64,000 nucleotides of DNA from positions 314,154,001 through 314,218,000 of the forward strand of contig OZ024742.1 in assembly GCA_964016885.1 (NCBI GenBank), given 5' to 3'. Every line of letters starts with the position of its first letter. Within the stretch, counting starts at the first letter, position 1. The DNA is from Eledone cirrhosa. Its lineage: Eukaryota. The notes under the pieces are model-generated. The model had not been told where the DNA came from and did not search any database. It was given only the letters and a program-made list of their open reading frames with translations. The position numbers and the translations under genes are program-made. Of this stretch, positions 43,301 through 55,142 are shown in pieces.

Positions 43301-44438
43301 TCTGCTATCACCAAGATAATGCTTCACTATCTAGGCGTTGATTTGCCAAAATGTTGGTGGTTTTATCCGTCGTAAATATTCATCCCCTATTTCGTCAATA
43401 ACACGTAATATTTCATTATTTGTTTTTTTATTAAACATGGTCGTTTTAATACGTTCAGCAAGAGAGATATTTATACATGAATTAATTTCTCTCTGGAAGA
43501 TTTCGTTCAGGAAAATTTTCAATAGTTTATACTTTTGATTATTATCATTATCGATAGTATTTTCCATAACAGTCGAGGTAGACTCGGATGGTACAGGTGG
43601 TGTCAAATTTCTTCGATTATTATTATTATTTCTTCGATTATTATTATTATCGATATTATCGATATTATCGATATTATCGAAAGGCGGTGGATTGGCAGTA
43701 TCGGTAGAAGGTCGGACGCCATGCTTTGCGGCATAGAGTTACGGCCCTTGCCATTCTGAATTCAAATCCCGCCGAGGTTAACTTTGCCTTTCATCCTTAC
43801 GGGGTCGATAAAAATAAAGTACCAGTAATGCACTGGGTATTTGCTGGCCTTGTGCCACAAGTAGAAACAATTATTATTATCGATAGTGTTTTCCCCAGCA
43901 TTCGATGTAGACTTAGATGGTACAGGTGGTGTCAAGTTTCTTACAGGCATAGTTGTTTCAAGGCGCTGTTCAACCTGGCTGCTAGGAAGTCTAGTAGCAT
44001 GGCGACCTGTAGCACGTGTTGTTGATTCCATGTTTGTTGTGGGGGACTTACAATTAATAATATTTATTTTATTTTTACGTTCAACAAATGTCGCTTGTTG
44101 GCGTAATTGTTTCGCTGTGAAATAATTTAGCTCTGGGTGCATTTCGTCCCAGTGTAACTTCATTCTGTTCATATAGCCAATGGAGGGATTGTTTTTTGCC
44201 ATTTTATAACAATTAAATAAATCATTATTAAGTTCGCAACTCCAAGAGAAATGTGATTTATAATTTCGGTCTCTTCTGTAGCTACAACTGAATAAAGTGT
44301 GTTTACCTTTCTTGTTGCTTGTCTTCGATACTTGCTTAATTTTGTTTTTGATTTTGTGTTCAGCCATGCTGTTTGTAGCAAATCCTTGTAAAATGAATTA
44401 TGTATTTAGTCGGATATCTCTACGAATTCGAATAAAAG
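40311..44438 (-). mobile_element. near-full-length R4/Dong-like non-LTR retrotransposon, frameshifted
   Basis: N-terminal WSCELN..CY..GYMNRM..W..P motif (43762..44367). RT motifs NYRPI, LDYRKA, RGIFQGDSLS, FVDDLK (41870..42637). Zn knuckle CRLC..H..SSC, RHD and RPD..E restriction-like endonuclease (40584..41723). The 3' UTR ends at (CATA)n. Confidence 0.9.
43681..43875 (+). mobile_element. SINE inserted into the R4-like ORF
   Basis: Complete consensus copy flanked by TSD-like tattatcga on both sides. Confidence 0.9.
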
Positions 44439-45966
44439 GTGTATATGCAGTTATTAGATGCAAAGTTTTTGGAATGTCTTACATATTTTTACTGTTCCAT
44501 TAATTGATTGTACTTGTAATATTCCTAACTAGTTGTGTTCTTTCTGTTCCTGTGAAACCTAGCTTCTCAAGATTTGTATTGAGGCAGTTACTAACATATC
44601 CCAGTGCCCCAATAACCACAGGCATAAATCTGAAGGTGTAATCAGGGTCGAGTATCTGCATATTTCTCATCAGTTCTGCATAAATGTTCTCCTTTTCGCT
44701 AATCTTTGTTATTATATTGGCATCTGCTGGGCAGCTAATTTCCACTACTGTGCATGCTTTCTTCTCCTTGTCCCATATCATAATATCTGGTCTGTTATGC
44801 CTGCATTTTATTGGGGTTTTTACTGGAACATTCCACCAGTACTCTTTCATATTATGTACATGGATGTCTTCCACATTGCTGTAGCTTTTAATGTGTTTAT
44901 TATCGGGGCTATCTTTTTTAGGAATTGCAGTGCTTTGGCCACTACATCATGCCTCATAGGTAGATAGTACCGCGATGACATCTTTGGGCAGCTGCTCATA
45001 ACATGGGTGATATCCTCGATGTTAGTTCTGCAGAGTCTGCACTTGTTATCACATCTAGGTGTTTTGCCTGCATCCCTATCTCTTTTGTGAATCAGGTATT
45101 TCGTGCTAATCTCCTGTTCATGGATTGCAAAAGCGTATCCTTCAAAGTGGGAGCCAATATAGCGGTTGTTGGTCCAAGATAGACTACTTTCCTTATCTAT
45201 ATTACTCTCACTCTGGAGCTTCCTGGCAACATATCTATGCATGATTTTTTGCTGATAGGCATGCAGTTTTTCATCCATGGATTCACTGCGATACTGCTGA
45301 GCGACATCCTTGGGTGTAAGTTTTTGATTATCACACAGGGAATATCTCTCGAGGAGTTCCCAACTCTCATGATCTTATCTGTTTTATGCAGATAGACCTG
45401 CTCGAGAAACGGGCTCCTACGCTTCGAGGTTCGTAGATGTTGTCGGAGGGATATGATGCGACATTCAAATGTTGTCTGGACTGATGTTAGGCCTCTGCCT
45501 CCCTGCTTACGTTTCAAGTAAAGGCGGTCTATGTCACTGTTGATGTGGAAGTTTCCGGTGTTGTTCAGTATTTTTCGAGTTCCAACATCAACTGCTCGGA
45601 TTTCGTCTATCGTCCAATTGAGTATTCCAAACGTTGGTGTTAGGACAGGCACAGCAACACATTGTGAGCCACTGTTTTGTTTTGCGCAGAGAGTTCCGAT
45701 GACAGATCTTTCTTAATCGGGTGTAGTATTCCTTGGTTACGCGTTCTTTATTAAATATACCATTATAGGATATGTTCTCATCTATCCCCAGGTATCTGTA
45801 GCAGTCCTCATCAGATACCGGTGAAACAGTTAGGCCATTGATGACAATGTTGCTAGATTGGGTTGTTGTTTTTCCCCGCTTTACAGTCATGTATGAGCAT
45901 TTATCTTGGCCAAACTCCATTCCTATATCCTTTGAGAACGTTGTAACCAGTTCAAGATTTTTCTTC
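44439..45966 (-). mobile_element. second, 5'-truncated R4/Dong-like copy
   Basis: Highly similar to 40513-42006. ORFs 44500..46007 carry the RT C-terminus, Zn knuckle and endonuclease. Confidence 0.9.
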
Positions 45967-46161
45967 GGTACATCTACATATGTATACGTGTGTGTATTCA
46001 TATGCATACTAGTATTTCAGTATACATATGTGGATGTACATTTTTAACTTAATTGTTTAAGCGTCAGTCATACAAAAGTGAGTTACAAACGAAACGAAAT
46101 TTAATTTCGTTTCGTTATTTGTTTTTATCGTCTCCGTTGAACCGGTACGTACTCACGCTCT

Positions 46162-46169
46162 ATGCAAAT
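46162..46169 (+). promoter_or_regulatory. octamer motif ATGCAAAT (also at 46628-46635)
   Basis: Exact octamer 100 nt upstream of the HHR core, in a block shared with family A. Confidence 0.45.
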
Positions 46170-46254
46170 TAGTCTGCCCACTACTAATTTTCATAGAAAA
46201 AGCATATAACGATATGTGCTTTTATAATTCTCTAGAGAGGCCGTAAGATAGGTA

Positions 46255-46299
46255 AATATTGCTGATGAGATGTAACAACATCGAAACTAGTTCAATATT
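46255..46299 (+). ncRNA. type I hammerhead (family C, copy 1)
   Basis: aatattg CTGATGA gatgt-aaca-acatc GAAA ctag TT caatatt. The core is canonical and stems I and II are perfect. Predicted cut after 46292. Confidence 0.9.
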
Positions 46300-46720
46300 C
46301 CTTGTCTGGCTTTCTGGAGAATAGAGGAAAGGTGTTTCCTCAAAAACCAGTATGACTCTAAAAACCGGTTTGTCTGTGTGTTTACATACAGAATAGCTGG
46401 ACACTCACAGTAAAGTGACCAGTGAAAAACTCGGTACATCTACATATGTATACGTGTGTGTATTCATATGCATACTAGTATTTCAGTATACATATGTGGA
46501 TGTACATTTTTAACTTAATTGTTTAAGCGTCAGTCATACAAAAGTGAGTTACAAACGAAACGAAATTTAATTTCGTTTCGTTATTTGTTTTTATCGTCTC
46601 CGTTGAACCGGTACGTACTCACGCTCTATGCAAATTAGTCTGCCCACTACTAATTTTCATAGAAAAAGCATATAACGATATGTGCTTTTACGATTCTCTA
46701 GAGAGGCCGGAAGATAGGTA

Positions 46721-46765
46721 AATATTGCTGATGAGATGTAACAACATCGAAACTAGTTCAATATT
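46721..46765 (+). ncRNA. type I hammerhead (family C, copy 2)
   Basis: Identical to copy 1. Confidence 0.9.
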
Positions 46766-47131
46766 CCTTGTCTGGCTTTCTGGAGAATAGAGGAAAGGTG
46801 TTTCCTCAAAAACCAGTATGACTCTAAAAACCGGTTTGTCTGTGTGTTTACATACAGAATAGCTGGACACTCACAGTAAAGTGACCAGTGAAAAACTCGG
46901 TACATCTACATATGTATACGTGTGTGTATTCATATGCATACTAGTATTTCAGTATACATATGTGGATGTACATTTTTAACTTAATTGTTTAAGCGTCAGT
47001 CATACAAAAGTGAGTTACAAACGAAACGAAATTTAATTTCGTTTCGTTATTTGTTTTTATATATATATATATACATATATAACTGGATTACCTATAACAA
47101 TAATTTGTTATCACATATATATATGTATATA

Positions 47132-47263
<132 letters not shown>

Positions 47264-47389
47264 ATGAGGGGGTGGAACAGCGGGGCCGGGGCTGCATGTC
47301 CCCCCAATAATTATATTTTTCTCACCAAACTACCAAAACAGACATCTATTTGTGTACGCTACAATTTATGTACATGCTAAGCAGATAGT

Positions 47390-48195
47390 GAGGGGAGAGT
47401 TTGGGCTTAATTGATATAGAGAGGGGGAATGGAAGAAACTATAGTGTAGGAAATATAGAGAGGTTAAAAGTTTGGTGTTAATTTATATATATATTGGGGT
47501 ATTGGAAGAGAGTTCCGTGTGGTAGATATACAGAAGGAGAGAGTTTGGCTTTAGTTGATATATAGAGGGGGATTGGAAGAGAGTTCCGTATAGTAGATAT
47601 AGAGAGGGGGAGAATTTGGGATTAATTGATATAGAGAGGTTGAATGGAAGAGAGTTCCGTGTATTGGATATAGAGAGGGGGAGAGATTGGTGTTAATTGA
47701 TATAGGAAGGGTTATTGGAAGAGAGCTCCGTCTAGAAGATATAGAGAGGGGGAGAGTTTGGTGTCAATTGGTATAGAGAGGGGTATTAGAAGTGAGTTCT
47801 AAGTAGGAAATATTCAGATGGTGAGAGTTTGGCGTTAATTGATATAGAGAGTGGGGTTGGAAGAGACTTCCGTATAGTAGATATAGAAAGGAGGAGAGTT
47901 TGGCATTAATTGATATAAAAAGGAATATTAAAAGAACCCTCTGATATAGAGAGGGAGAGAGTTTGATGCTAATTAACATAGAGAGGGGGATTGAGACAGA
48001 GTGTTGTATAGTTGATGTAGAGAGGCGGAGAGTTTGGTGGTAATGAATAGAGTGAGAACATTGATAGAGATAGTTATTGATAGATATAGAACAGGGGAAA
48101 GTTTGGTAGTGATGAATATAGGGAGAGAGAGATTATTGTAGTGTAGATGCAGCGAGGGGATAGTTCGGTGGTAATTGATATAGAGTGGGACATTG
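47390..48195. repeat. degenerate purine-rich minisatellite, ~71-bp unit, ~12 copies
   Basis: gagagtttggtgttaattgatatagag-like anchor at ~47395, 47468, 47538, 47610, 47683, 47752, 47823, 47894 and onward. Confidence 0.8.
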
Positions 48196-48375
48196 GAATT
48201 GTGTTGGTAGAGGGTTGGACGCCATGTTTTCTAGCATAGTTACGTCCCTTTACGGTCTGAGTTGAAATCCCGTTGAGGTTAACTTTGCCTTTCATCCTTA
48301 CGGGGTCGATAAAATAAAGTACCAGTAATGTACTGAATAATTGCTGGTCTTGTGCCAAAAGTAGAAACAATTATT
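48195..48375 (+). mobile_element. SINE, short variant
   Basis: Consensus match. Confidence 0.85.
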
Positions 48376-48868
48376 AGATAGAGTATTAGATATAGGGGGT
48401 GAGATTGATGTTTATTTGTATAGTGAGGGGCATTGAAGAGAGTATAATGGCCCTCTCGGGTCGCAAATAATAGGAGCGCGTGCCAACCATGGCATGGGCG
48501 TGCTTGGGATACCAGTAATTGTATAGTGTACGTTCGTAAATATGAGATCTCTTGTAATGTTCCTCTTTTGCCATATATAATGTTTTTTTAATGTAAAATG
48601 AGATTATTATTAGTTTCTCCAACTGGTGTATCGATATGAATCACTTACAATAAAATAAATGAGATAGAATAGCAAAATTTGATAAGCGAGTAGGGGGTGG
48701 GACGGAATAGAAAACTGGGGGATGGTGGAACAAATCTGACAAATTAATAAGCGGCAGGTGGGGACGATTGTTCAAGACCTCAGGTAAAATTTGACTGTAA
48801 CAAAACTCAACAATAGCCACAATAAATGAACGTATATCTATCTATCTATATATCTATATATCTATATC

Positions 48869-49001
<133 letters not shown>

Positions 49002-49153
49002 TCATTTATTATATATATATATAAATATAGGAGATGAATAAATTGTGTATAATATCAGTTTCATACCAAATACGAAGAAGTTCGATATATTAACATCTTA
49101 GGAAAGGGCAAAGAGCATAATTAAAAAACATTATATATATATATATATATATA

Positions 49154-49388
49154 CAGTAGCGGTGTGTCTGGACCCCCCACCCCACCCCGCCTACAATAAA
49201 TGTATTTTCTCGCCAGGCTACCAAAACACACATATATTTGGAAATGCGCGACAATTTATGTACATGTTATGTTTATCACATATCCAATTTTCTGATCATT
49301 TTAGAATGTAAAGAGCTAAACTAATCACTACAATTTAATTGTCCAAATTTAGCCGCCCCTCAATCCCGAAATGCTTCCACCGCCCCTG
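49154..49388. mobile_element. hAT-like MITE remnant (partial second copy at ~47265-47378)
   Basis: Ends CAG...ttccaccgcccCTG. Shares the internal ttttctc.cca..ctaccaaaaca...acaatttatgtacatg block with 47315-47376. Confidence 0.5.
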
Positions 49389-49518
49389 AGATATATATAT
49401 ATATATATATACATGGAGAAACGCTCACACACTACCCACTCACGCACGCACACCCTCACACGCACACACACACATACACACACGCACGCATATATGTATA
49501 TATATATATATATATATA

Positions 49519-49798
49519 TTAAAATTAAGATCCGAAGGCATGGTATAAATTTCCAATCATTTTAATCACGACACATGTTTCAATAAGAGATAGATCGATC
49601 GTGTAGCCATGAACTCGTCAGGTGAAAATGAATCGTTAATTTTCTCCCTCATATCAAGGATTTGAAGACAATTCATTTTCACCTGACGAGATCAGTGGTT
49701 ATCGATCATGGCTACACAATCGATCTATCTCTTATTAAAACATGTCGTGATTAAAATGATTGTAAATTTATACCATGCCTTCGGATCTTAATTTTGAT
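49519..49798. repeat. inverted duplication with a hammerhead motif in each arm
   Basis: Arms ~49519-49633 and 49671-49798. Minus HHR 49566-49625 (tcac CTGACGA...GAAA catgtg TC gtga). Plus HHR 49679-49750 (GAAA mutated to AAAA). Confidence 0.8.
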
Positions 49799-49937
49799 AC
49801 AAATACTCCGTTTTACATCATCTAGCTGTTCCCATAAATGGAATTGGAGATATACAAAAGCATGGAGAACTTAATATTGCTAACCAAAATGTATTGGAAG
49901 TTTGACACAACCAATAATACACCTTACTCTATAACAA

Positions 49938-50007
<70 letters not shown>

Positions 50008-50280
50008 ACTAGAAATTGATTAACATATAAATAAACATGAATAATCACAGGAGATAATTTTTACAAGTGTGTGAGCACACATAGCTAGGAGATCTGCCTA
50101 TGGGTAACAAGATGGCTCTTGTTACCCATAGGCAGATCTCACACAATGCAGCCTCGACAGATGAATACGGCTTGATTATGGCTGACAGCTGATGCAACCA
50201 AGACACCATAGTATAAACCAATATATGGAACATTATATTATGTAACATTATCCCATTATTTTAATTTATATTCCTTTGAA

Positions 50281-50400
50281 GTTCCGATGAGCCACTCTGT
50301 CTTTTAAATATGTTAATTATTTTCAGCTGAACCAGATCAATTATGATATATAATCATCTGATCCAGAATTATTATATGGAGTAGCGAAACAATTGTAAAC
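50281..50400 (+). ncRNA. hammerhead-like motif with a ~95-nt stem II domain
   Basis: gtt CCGATGA gccactc...gagtagc GAAA caattg TA aac. The core has C in place of U4. Confidence 0.5.
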
Positions 50401-50503
50401 GGACATTATTATTATTAATATTATTATTATTCTCTACATTCCTTACATTAAACTAAAATATGTTGACAATGTTTTAATAATGTCTTCCTTGCGAAGTTTG
50501 TAG

Positions 50504-50608
<105 letters not shown>

Positions 50609-51115
50609 TCATTGGTTAAGCAAAACAACACCACAAACTTCGCAAGGAAGACATTATTAAAAGATTGTCAACATATTTTAGTTTGATGTAAGGAATGTAG
50701 AGAATAATAATAATATTAATAATAATATATATATATGTATATTACGTGTTAGATGCCCGGACTTCCACACGGGAATATACCGTGACGATGGACTGACTTT
50801 ATCGAGCCATAAAAGTGGTCACGACCTCGACCGGTTTAAAAAAGACTTAGCTTCTACCTTCAATGAGTTAGGCCTTAGGATAACAGTAGCTACCAACCTC
50901 TCTAGCGTATATTTCTTAGACATTAAATTAGACCTTCGCACACACACCCACAGACCCTTCCATAAGTAAACGAGAAACCTAATTACATTCACAAGGACTC
51001 ATGCCACCCTCCCACTGTTTTTAGAAACTTCGTTAAGAATATCAGTACTAAAATCTCAAACCTCTCCTCTAATAAGGCTATCTTTGACAGGGCGGCACCC
51101 TACTATAACACGGAG

Positions 51116-51856
51116 TTGGCTAACAGCGGCTTCTCACAACCTATCACCTACTCTTCCACAAGCAACAACACCATTAAGAAAAGTAAGCGCATCAATAGAC
51201 AAACTATCTGGTTCTCTCCTCCCTTCTCACTCAACGTTAAAAGCAATGTAGGAAAAACATTTCTAGCCCTCTTAGATAGACACTTCCCCATAGGTCATAA
51301 ATACCGCTCCATCTTTAACCGACACAAAGTTAAACTAGGTTACTCTTGCGCTAAGAACACGAAGGCCCACATCACCAGCAGCCCTAGGAGCAACACCCCA
51401 CTAGGGTGCTCTTGCCGTAAGCCTGAAGCTTGCTCCCTTCAACAGCAATGCAACACACCTGCTGTAATCTATGAAGCTGTGGTCACTTCCAACCGACCAA
51501 ACGAACCACAGGATGTCAAATCCTATATGGGCATGGCGGAGGGCCGATTCAAGGAGCGTTTCCTGAACCACCAGTCCACCTTCAGATACCCGGACAGACG
51601 TTCATCCACGAAACTGGCGAGCCACGTATGGTCCCTCAAGGACTCAAGTATAGGCTACTCCATTCAATGGAAAGCCATCACTAAGTCCAAGCCATACGCA
51701 ATAGGAAATCCGACGTGTGGATTATGTGTTGACGAACGAATAATTATCCTAAAGAGATTACACAATAGTGATTGCCTAAACACGAGAAGTGAATTTTTCA
51801 CACGTTGTCCACACGTCACCAAACATCTATTGCATAACTATAAGGCTCCGGACTGA
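51116..51856 (+). pseudogene. PLE GIY-YIG endonuclease domain (remnant ORF)
   Basis: VIYEAVV...SYMGMAEGRFKERFLNH...LN motifs with Cys/His zinc ligands. Confidence 0.85.
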
Positions 51857-52041
51857 TTCTTAGTAATTTTATTTTAATTTTTTTAAATTTTATTTTCAAC
51901 CTAAAAACTTTCCGGACTTTCGCAGTTATCTCCCTTACACCTCCCGCACGCAGTCTAGTATTGCCTGTGTGAAGTGACCGAGTTTCTGTGCATGCGCGTT
52001 CGTACGGTTGTCCGTACTGTTCCTATAACCATACACATCCC

Positions 52042-52077
52042 GAGCTGAAGATCCGCGAAGGTGAAACAATTGTTCTC
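52042..52077 (+). ncRNA. minimal hammerhead in the PLE pseudo-LTR
   Basis: gag CTGAAGA tccgcgaaggt GAAA caattg TT ctc. Confidence 0.7.
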
Positions 52078-52173
52078 TGTATGGTGAACTAACTGTTGTG
52101 TAACCACTTCTACCTAACTCGTCCCTTGGACTGAGTGTTCTGCTACTACGGATATTACCTTCCAGTGTTCCAC

Positions 52174-52209
<36 letters not shown>

Positions 52210-52254
52210 ACTTCATCAACCGCATGCAGAGACCTGCATGCGGTTGATGAAGTG

Positions 52255-52912
52255 CGGTGGTGTCTTTCCATTTCTGTTGATAAGTTAGAATAATATCTAA
52301 ACATAGAAATGACCCAGCAGATAGGCAAATCAGAGAGGCCAGCGAAATAGAACTTAGAAGGCCAAGGCTAAACAGAAACAATTAATGGAATAACAACAAC
52401 ACCCAAACAAACTACACTGACCTAAGAGAAGTATAAATAAATAAATAAATACATACACAATACAATAACAACAAACACATATAAACACACACTAGTAAAC
52501 TAAGATAGAATACATTAACCAATACACAGTCACCCAAACAAGAACACACATCAAACAAAACACTATACACACACGCAAACGCATGCGCAGAGAAGACAAA
52601 ACAATAAGCAAATAAATAAATAAATAAACAGATTAAATAAAGATGGCGTAAGCATACAATGCAACGGGGGGAAACATAATAGCACCACTGACGATGTTGC
52701 AGATGTGCAACGAAAGAACTTTGATAGACTATATATATGTGTTTGTGTCTATATTGTATCTATATTTTTTACCGTTGGTCAGTCAATGGCAACATTGAGG
52801 ACCGAATAAATTAAATTAATCGATATAAAAGACACAGAAGCGAAAACGAACCAAACAGTGAGTGTGTTCTGTTATTAATTCTGGCAATATTATTACACAA
52901 ATATGACCCTCC

Positions 52913-52914
<2 letters not shown>
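52255..52914 (+). mobile_element. 3' end of a second PLE family (GIY-YIG tail + pseudo-LTR)
   Basis: KVRIISKHRNDPADRQIREASEIELRRPRLN at ~52281-52373. HHR at 52684-52725 (CTGACGA t gttgca-gatg-tgcaac GAAA gaac TT). The atgaccctccc terminus is shared with 11000 and 55760. Confidence 0.7.
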
Positions 52915-52964
<50 letters not shown>

Positions 52965-54349
52965 GGAGGGTCATATTTGTGTAATAATATTGCCAGAATT
53001 ATATATATATATATTTACGTATATATATATATAATAGGGTTGTCGGTAAGCAGCCGAAGTTCGTATATGATATAGTTATATTTGTATCTACATGGAATAA
53101 ATGTTACCGAGACTATATAGACGTAAATATAAATTTACCCAGTATGTACACATATGAGACGACCATATATACGATTTGCGTGTCAAATAAAAAAAAATGT
53201 CGAATACATTTAAGCGATTTTCGAGCTTATTTAGACTATTATCAGAAAGCATGTATGTCGTATAAAAAACTTCGGCTGATTAGCGCAAATTTTCATGCAT
53301 ATTCAAATTAACTAAGGGAGGTCCCCCAGCATGACCTCAGCCGGATGGCTGGAACAGGTAAAAGAGTAAAATGGTAAAAGAGTAATGATGGTAAGTCCTT
53401 CCTTCATCTGGGACGCAACAATCAGCGATACTTTGTCCAGCAATAACCTGATTCTTTTGGTGTAACCCGATACACCTGCATTACCTATTTTCTTGTATTG
53501 TTTATATATTAGTCTTTCTAAAGCAATTCTAACGTATTGGTAATACCATCGTAATTACTCTTACTAGCCTAGACATTGCAGTTCCGTCCCTGAACGCATT
53601 TTCATTAACACCTTCATCATATCTAATTTAAGTGCTAGAATACTACAGATGGTTTCAAAGAAAAACGGCTGTGAAAAACAAGGTGCATTCGACACCTTTG
53701 GTTCAACTTAGACTGTTGTTTGATATATGTGGTGGTGTATAAACGTTGAAGCAATATCTGTATTCATGAAAATATAATTTCATTAGTGATTAATTGTTAC
53801 ATTTTTAACATGTATTGAAATTACACCGACCAGATTTCATATTTTTAACTAAAAGAAATAAGATGAACAAGAAATATTTAGGGCAGTGTGTAGCATCCAC
53901 ATCGCGTTTATACTGCTCCGCTGACTCCAGCAAAGGCAGAAAATGTAAGATTTAATTCCAGTGAAAAATGTCAGGAGACAAAACCACAATTTCAATTCAT
54001 CTTGATATCAATAGTAGTAATGAATCCTTTGATAAATCAGATTCAGCATTCTGTGTTCAACAGATTAGAATTTGCATAAAAAATAAACTAATTATGAAAT
54101 TGAACTGCAGCTTTATAGATCTCGACTATTAACGTTTTTGCATCAATCAGTGTAAAATATGTCTTGGTAACCATTTAAAATATCTGCATGGGGAGTATAA
54201 TAATCATTCTCTGTCTAAAATTAATTTTCATTGAATAGTCTTATAATTCCTGTTAGTGTCGTTTACTTTCAGGTCGTTTCGGATTAAGCATACCCATAAT
54301 AGATTTATTCCAGTTGCGCCCACTTCATACGAATTTGAGTATATAGTGA

Positions 54350-54671
54350 TTTAGTGGCACTCCGTCGTCGGTTGCGACGATGAGTGTAATACGATCCAGT
54401 TGATACGATCAACGGAACTGTCTGCTCGTGGACGTACAAGTGGTTGAGCATTCCACAAACACACGTACCTTTAATATAGTTCGCAGGGATATTCAGCGTG
54501 ACACAGTATATGACAAGGCTGGCCCTTTGAATTACATGTACGACCCATTTTAGCCAGCTGAGAGAACTGGGACAACGTGAAAGAAAGTGTCTTGCTCAAG
54601 AACAGAAAGCACCGCCCGGTCCGGGATTTGTAGTCACAATCTAACGATTGTGAGCTCAACACTCTAACCAA
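54350..54671 (-). mobile_element. second tRNA-derived SINE family with a CORE-like domain
   Basis: tggttagagtgttg...aaatcccgg head followed by cttgagcaagacactt...cagctg..aaatgggt. Confidence 0.6.
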
Positions 54672-55068
54672 TACTTTCTAATAATTCTGTAGTGATGTCG
54701 GTACAGTTGAGATTTAAGTGTTATTTATAACAGTGCGAGCAATCATGTAGAGGCTTTTTCGTTGGCTTGTTTGAAGTGTGTCACAAAGGGGGATTAGATA
54801 TTACAGACTATATTTGATCTCATAATAGTAATTGTTTGTTCATGTGTGTATGTCGTATGTATTGTATGAGTGTCTCAGTGTGTATGCGTGTGTATCTGTT
54901 TTTATTGTTCACTGGAGGAAGTTTCGGGTATCAACGTGGCACAGAGCATTATAAATAACTGATTTAAAATTAAGAAAAAACCCCTTCAAAATGCCCTATT
55001 TTGTCCGCAGTCTTCATTAAAACTGCCCCAAAGCGGCCTCAAATGAGTATACATTACTTTTGGACACC

Positions 55069-55137
<69 letters not shown>

Positions 55138-55142
<5 letters not shown>

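Larger units (their letters stand above)
45965..47060 (+). repeat. family C hammerhead-bearing tandem array, 466 bp x 2.35
   Basis: tcggtacatctacata at 45965, 46431 and 46897. Units differ at only a few bases, and the array runs into (TA)n. Confidence 0.95.
50745..52178 (+). mobile_element. 5'-truncated Penelope-like element (RT C-terminus + GIY-YIG + pseudo-LTR) in (TA)n
   Basis: GIYRDDGL at ~50772-50795, FLD motif, YIHKDSCHPP thumb region, and a stop/frameshift near 50968. ORF 51116..51856 has CSC..CSL..C, VIY...YMG, FKERFLNH, CGLC and LNTRSE..CPH. Confidence 0.9.

Noticed and set aside
46222-46870. Duplicated 60-aa ORF in family C
   Set aside because: Antisense to the ribozyme, GTG start, no recognisable domain. 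The duplication only reflects the tandem repeat.
53036-53285. Possible MITE with cagccgaagtt / aacttcggctg inverted ends
   Set aside because: Only an 11-bp core match, with no clear TSD and no second copy in the window.
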